From the NCBI GenBank assembly GCA_963787125.1, contig CAWBBV010000006.1, forward strand, positions 128,001 to 192,000: a stretch of DNA of 64,000 nucleotides, in the 5' to 3' direction. Numbering within the stretch: position 1 is the first letter of the stretch; each line of letters begins with the position of its first letter. Of the stretch, positions 59,643 through 64,000 are shown in pieces. The notes under the pieces were generated by a model. It ran no database searches and had not been told where the DNA came from. It saw nothing but the letters and a program-made list of their open reading frames with translations. A program made the position numbers and the translations under genes. This DNA is from an uncultured delta proteobacterium. Lineage in GTDB: Bacteria; Desulfobacterota; Desulfuromonadia; Geobacterales; DSM-12255.

Positions 59643-60290
59643 CTATTTTTCCAGTGCACCACTTTTCTTGAGCAATTCGGCCAAAGCTTCGGCCAAGAGC
59701 CGGTAACCGGCGGCGTTTGGATGGATATGATCCGACTTCAGCACACTCTTCCCCAAAATATGCGGCAGGACTTTAAGTTCGATCGGAATATTAAATTCTT
59801 TGGCCACTTCCGCGTACAGATTCGGCGGTTTCAGCGTTAGGTCCGGCGCCGGCACCGCCACCAGTAACACTGCAACACCCCGCTCTCCGGCAGCGCGAAT
59901 CATGGCCCGCAGATTGTCGGCAAGCAGCTGCTGACTCTGGCGGGCAAGAAGATCATTGCCGCCGTGGCAGAGGATCAGCAGGGCAGGATGCTCCCTGTCA
60001 AGCAGTTCAGGCAGACGCTGCAGACCACCGGCCGAAACCTCCCCCGGCACCCCGGCATTGACAACTTTTCTGCCGGCAAGCTGGGCCAGCTGCATGGGAT
60101 AACTCTCGTTAGCGCCTGCGCCGTTACCGGCTGTGATGCTGTCGCCAAAGGCCAGGATCGTGGCATCAGCGGCAAGTAGCGGCAGCTGAGCCGGTTTGCT
60201 GCAAGCTGACAAAAGCAGCAGGGTTGCAACTAAGGCCAGGGGAATCAATCTGCCCGGTTTAGCAATAAGTTTTCTAGCAGACAGCAACAA
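59643..60290 (-). CDS. GDSL/SGNH arylesterase lipoprotein
   Basis: LSAC lipobox, FGDSIT, NAGVPG, GGND, DHIHPN. Confidence 0.92.
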   Translation of the reverse strand: MLLSARKLIAKPGRLIPLALVATLLLLSACSKPAQLPLLAADATILAFGDSITAGNGAGANESYPMQLAQLAGRKVVNAGVPGEVSAGGLQRLPELLDREHPALLILCHGGNDLLARQSQQLLADNLRAMIRAAGERGVAVLLVAVPAPDLTLKPPNLYAEVAKEFNIPIELKVLPHILGKSVLKSDHIHPNAAGYRLLAEALAELLKKSGALEK

Positions 60291-60753
60291 TATCGTACTC
60301 CATACTTTTTGTTCCTGCTTCTATTGCCACCGAATCACCGGCGCTCTTGCCGAGCAGTTCCCTGCCCACCGGTGATACGGGGGTTATAACGACAATTTCC
60401 TCCCCTTCATGCTCTATCTTCAAGCCACCTTCTGCCGGACCGATAAACACCTTCCTGGTCACCCCTTCTGCATCTTCAAGGGTGACCAGTGAGACCAGAC
60501 GAATGGTATCATCAGCTACTTTTCGGCTTTCAAGCTGCTTGTAGATCTCAAGAGAGGTGCGAATCTGGTTGGCACGGTTAGCCTGCCCCTGAGCAACATA
60601 TGACGCCTCCAGGGCCATGGTATCGTACTTGTTGTCAGGAACATTCTCTGCGTGCCGTGAAGCTTCATGAGCCGTTTTAGCCGCGCTGAAGAGAATTTCC
60701 AGATCATGGGAGAGTTGCGTAATAATTGCCTGCAGAATTGATGTTTTGTTCAT
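60274..60753 (-). CDS. GreA/GreB-family protein
   Basis: NKYDT.ALEASY.A.GQ, ITPVSPVGRELLGK..GD. Confidence 0.85.
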   Translation of the reverse strand: MNKTSILQAIITQLSHDLEILFSAAKTAHEASRHAENVPDNKYDTMALEASYVAQGQANRANQIRTSLEIYKQLESRKVADDTIRLVSLVTLEDAEGVTRKVFIGPAEGGLKIEHEGEEIVVITPVSPVGRELLGKSAGDSVAIEAGTKSMEYDIVAVC

Positions 60754-60756
60754 AAG

Positions 60757-61290
60757 TCACTTCAGTCTGGTTATGACTGTCTCTACGGTATGCTCTCCAC
60801 AGGTCAGATACAGGGAACCCTCAGTTATGGTAATCGACCAGACAATAGCGCGCTCAAGAAAAGAGGCCAGCCGGGAGATAAACGCCTGATCAAGACAGAT
60901 TACTCTCAGGTTGGCAACTCTGCTCAGTTTAGGCAGGGATTGCTGCTCCCAATTCTGAAAAGTTCTGCCAAAAGCAAGGAGAGCCGCTCGTTCAGCATGA
61001 CGGCTGGCCTTAACAAGCTTTTCCGGTTCGGGCAGACCAACTTCAACCCAGAGAAGCAACCGCCCATCCGGCCCTTTAAGCCAAAGATCCGGCTCATCAC
61101 CGGCACCGATACCTTTGGTAAAGGAAAGCTCCGGCTCAAAAAAGAGTGCGTAGGCCAGCAGCCTCGCTATCAGGCGCTCTTCAGTCTCCGAAGGATGGCG
61201 GGCTGCCGTCGCCTGCAATGTTTCGTAAATGCCTCTGTCAATATCAGCAAGGGTGATATTGACCCGATAAATGGTAGAAGGTAGTGCCAT
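60757..61290 (-). CDS. yaeQ: YaeQ-family protein
   Basis: MALPSTIY, ARHPSETEER...RLLAYAL, DEPDLW, WVEVG.P. Confidence 0.92.
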   Translation of the reverse strand: MALPSTIYRVNITLADIDRGIYETLQATAARHPSETEERLIARLLAYALFFEPELSFTKGIGAGDEPDLWLKGPDGRLLLWVEVGLPEPEKLVKASRHAERAALLAFGRTFQNWEQQSLPKLSRVANLRVICLDQAFISRLASFLERAIVWSITITEGSLYLTCGEHTVETVITRLK

Positions 61291-61353
61291 ATTGAATATA
61301 TTTCCTTGGATGCAGGCAAGCTACCTGTCAAAAGATATTTGCCTGACTCTGTT

Positions 61354-61971
61354 TCAAATAATCTGCTGACGCATTTCTGCCAGTTCAGACAGTGAAGTTA
61401 CCTGCAGGTCAGCCAATTCACGCCAGCGAAACTGGCCTGCAGGATCGACGTGGACCGTCCCTGCGCCGATGCTCCTGCCACAAAGTAAATCGTATAGATA
61501 ATCACCTGTCACAACCATATCCTGCGGCAGCACCCCCCACATCGAAGCCAGCTGCAGCGCCCCTTCCGGAGCAGGTTTTGGCGCCGCCTCGTTTCTGCCG
61601 ATTATGTATGACGTCTCCGGGAAAAACCCGGACAACCCTGTCAGTTCCAGGGTCAGACGGGCAATTTTGTTCGTATTGCGGGTCAGGATTCCGATCAGGC
61701 AATCATCGCCGGCAAGCATTGCAAGCAGTTCATAAGCTCCGCTTGCAGCAGTCGTCTTTCTGGAAAGTTCTTGCTCGATACTGTCAAGCTGCTTGTGGAG
61801 CGGTGCAGCGTCTACCGGAGGGAGCGCTTCAAGATAGGCCAGAATATCGGCTTCAGGAGGTATTCCCAGTGCCTCCTTGATAGCTTTAAAGTCGTGTACC
61901 GCAACAGTCAGAGTTCCATCAAGATCAAATATCCAGTGTTTTCTGGAGAGGATTGCTTTCATATCAGTCAC
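61354..61971 (-). CDS. HAD-family hydrolase
   Basis: FDLDGTL, LTRN, KPAP, GDYLYD. Confidence 0.92.
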   Translation of the reverse strand: MTDMKAILSRKHWIFDLDGTLTVAVHDFKAIKEALGIPPEADILAYLEALPPVDAAPLHKQLDSIEQELSRKTTAASGAYELLAMLAGDDCLIGILTRNTNKIARLTLELTGLSGFFPETSYIIGRNEAAPKPAPEGALQLASMWGVLPQDMVVTGDYLYDLLCGRSIGAGTVHVDPAGQFRWRELADLQVTSLSELAEMRQQII

Positions 61972-63542
61972 TGTTTATCCTTACGCTCCTTATTCTTGTG
62001 CTCAATTATCTTTGAATCGCTCTCTCTGCCCCCCTCCGGGGTTTTCACTCTCCAGATTTTTTTCTGTTTCTGTTCTCGCTGAGCCGGTCTTTGGCGAGAC
62101 ATTTCTCCCGGTTGGATGTTTGTCTGCTGCGGTGCGCTTGGTGGTGACTTGACATGTTGCTCCGGCACGCTCTTTTGAGGATTTATGCCAGGTGGCGCCT
62201 GCTGAGACTGCTGCCGTGAATCGGTTTGCGGTATGACTCTTGGGAAACGCTGCCGCAGTTCACTGTTTTTCCGCTGCTCTATCCGGGGAGCAGGGGGAAC
62301 TGTCATCTTTGGTGCTGTCTGCCTGCCGACAGGCGAGTGTGCATCCTTCACTGGCCTGATTCTTGGACTGCCGACAGCAACAGGGATTGAAACCGGAGAA
62401 TTCACTGCCGCATGTGACGTAACGATCACCCCGCGGAGAAAATCTTGCTGCGGCAGAACGGTCAAGCCGCCGCGATGGTGACTATTCCTGTAATCGACAC
62501 TGTTGATGTTGACCTTCGCGGTTGAGATATTAACGCTTTGGCGGCCATGGTTTCCATAGCCGTAATATATTTCCCCCGGGGCTAGCGGTGTCCAGCCGAC
62601 ATGATTGCCATTACGATACCAGCCGACATACCCCGGCCCCCAGTAAACATCTCCGCGCACAGGTGGAATCCAGCACCAGCCATAATTACTTACAACAGTC
62701 CAGCGACCGTAATGATACGGCGCCCAACCCCAGCTTTCAGAAGAGATCCAGACGTAGTCGGACCCTTTCCAGATCCAGCGGCCGCTGCGATAGGGCGCCC
62801 ACTCGTCCGACAGAATAACCGTCGGTCTCCAGACCATACCATATTCCGGGATCCTTACCCAAATACCGTTGGCTTCCATTTCTGTTGAATAGCTGCGCAG
62901 TTCATCAGGCAGAGTAGCATCGGTTTTAGCTACAGGCGACTGCAGCCGGTCCCGGTCCATGTTCCAGGTTTCCCAGTTATCAGGCGCGTTGAGCGGCAAA
63001 AGCTCACTGTGCCACTCCTCAAGTGCAATATGCTCACCGGCACGAACTTTTGTGCGATTGCCGTTACCCTCAACATAAGCAGAACCCTTGAAAATTGAGA
63101 CATCTTCCTGGGAATTAGCCAGCATATCAAGGCGAAGCCTTGTCCGTGGAGCCGGCAGGACGGTTGTGTCATCGGCATCAATCTGCAGCGAATTCGGGGT
63201 ACTATATGGCGAAGTTTTTAAATAGAGTCTGCCACTGGCCAGATTGAGGTGAATGAAATTATCCTCATTGGCGACCAGATTTAGCTGAGAATCGCCATCA
63301 AGCCTCACTATACTGCCATCCGGGAGCTGAACCTCGGCTTTTGTCCCGACCGGACACCAGAGAGCATCACCTTCGTCGAGCGAAGTATTGGCCGATACAG
63401 ACATCCAGTCATCTGCGTCAGCAGCCCGGAGCATGACCTCGCCATCAACAAGATTTACCCTGGCAGGCGCTATAACAGCCGCGACAGCATATACAGGAAT
63501 AACCAACAATATTGTGAGCGCTATTAAAATGATTGGCTTCAT
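61968..63542 (-). CDS. FecR-domain / DUF6600-like secreted protein with a low-complexity tail
   Basis: Signal peptide, FecR-like AEVQL.DGS.VRL, Trp-rich WAPY..GRW repeats, Pro/Gln/Arg-rich C-terminus. Confidence 0.8.
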   Translation of the reverse strand: MKPIILIALTILLVIPVYAVAAVIAPARVNLVDGEVMLRAADADDWMSVSANTSLDEGDALWCPVGTKAEVQLPDGSIVRLDGDSQLNLVANEDNFIHLNLASGRLYLKTSPYSTPNSLQIDADDTTVLPAPRTRLRLDMLANSQEDVSIFKGSAYVEGNGNRTKVRAGEHIALEEWHSELLPLNAPDNWETWNMDRDRLQSPVAKTDATLPDELRSYSTEMEANGIWVRIPEYGMVWRPTVILSDEWAPYRSGRWIWKGSDYVWISSESWGWAPYHYGRWTVVSNYGWCWIPPVRGDVYWGPGYVGWYRNGNHVGWTPLAPGEIYYGYGNHGRQSVNISTAKVNINSVDYRNSHHRGGLTVLPQQDFLRGVIVTSHAAVNSPVSIPVAVGSPRIRPVKDAHSPVGRQTAPKMTVPPAPRIEQRKNSELRQRFPRVIPQTDSRQQSQQAPPGINPQKSVPEQHVKSPPSAPQQTNIQPGEMSRQRPAQREQKQKKIWRVKTPEGGRESDSKIIEHKNKERKDKQ

Positions 63543-63711
63543 CCAAACCCCCCTGGCGATCTATTCACCTATCCTGACAGTCGCAATCTGACTGTTTCTA
63601 CTTTGCGAGGATTGTGCCAATGAAAACAACATGATTATCAGGATGTTAGACATTTGACGTTTCAGAAAAAACCGCAAATAAGGCAGCTTGTAGATTATAT
63701 GCAACCTGAGC

Positions 63712-64000
63712 CTATCTTTTATCAATCAGCAGCGAGTGCAGCTCAGCTATCGCTCTATTTTGTGCTTCCAGGATCTCCATTATAGCCCTGATCTCTATTT
63801 CCGCTTTCTGATTTATCTCATAATCGTTGTGTGCTTCGATACGATCCCTGGCCGCCTGCCGGTTCTGGCTCATCATGATCATGGGGGCCGTGTACGCGGC
63901 CTGAAGCGAAAGCACAAGGTTCATGAGGATGAAGGGATACGGATCCCAGTGATTGATCCAGGCGGTAACATTAAGGACGGCCCAGATCCCGAGCAGACTT
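63712..64000 (-). CDS. DUF1003 membrane protein, partial (5' end beyond the window)
   Basis: WDPYPFILMNLVLSLQAAYTAPMIMMSQNRQ. Confidence 0.9.
   Translation of the reverse strand, partial: SLLGIWAVLNVTAWINHWDPYPFILMNLVLSLQAAYTAPMIMMSQNRQAARDRIEAHNDYEINQKAEIEIRAIMEILEAQNRAIAELHSLLIDKR

Noticed and set aside
1..64000. tRNA, rRNA, transposase, integrase or multiheme cytochrome genes
   Set aside because: No matching signatures were seen by eye; tRNAscan and HMM searches were not run.

Overview
This is a chromosomal window from a Desulfuromonadia/Geobacteraceae-like bacterium, inferred from gene content and order. Bases 1-9.3 kb hold surface-polysaccharide genes (MNT nucleotidyltransferase, rfbA, rfbB, Wzz/GumC, SLBB export protein, gmd, fcl, DegT-family aminotransferase). 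Bases 9.3-28.2 kb are mostly housekeeping (yhbY, ferredoxin, dgt, class II aldolase-like, rsmD, coaD, aminotransferase, peptide-binding protein, TPR protein, SurA/PpiD-like, purC, TatD-radical SAM fusion, DUF512, hfq, miaA). This stretch also has a probable deletion scar near 15.1 kb and an unusual MshEN-repeat/lipoprotein-like gene between miaA and hfq. Bases 28.3-53.7 kb are the accessory highlight: a histidine kinase, a sigma54 activator (frameshifted in a C8 tract), a toxin-antitoxin pair, a sigma54 promoter and a six-gene DUF11-rich operon. The termini of the six proteins suggest a Gram-negative fibre built by donor-strand complementation of split DUF11 domains, possibly locked by Lys-Asn isopeptide bonds. 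The proposed roles are a Lys-less chaperone, two shaft subunits, an OmpA/beta-barrel anchor and two tip adhesins. The operon leaders encode Arg-Pro-Pro peptides, including an RSRARPPTN duplication that differs only at synonymous positions. Bases 53.9-64 kb hold a TonB receptor-YfiR-hybrid kinase module and small conserved genes. No rRNA, tRNA, CRISPR array or transposase was recognised. All family assignments come from reading motifs by eye, not from database searches.
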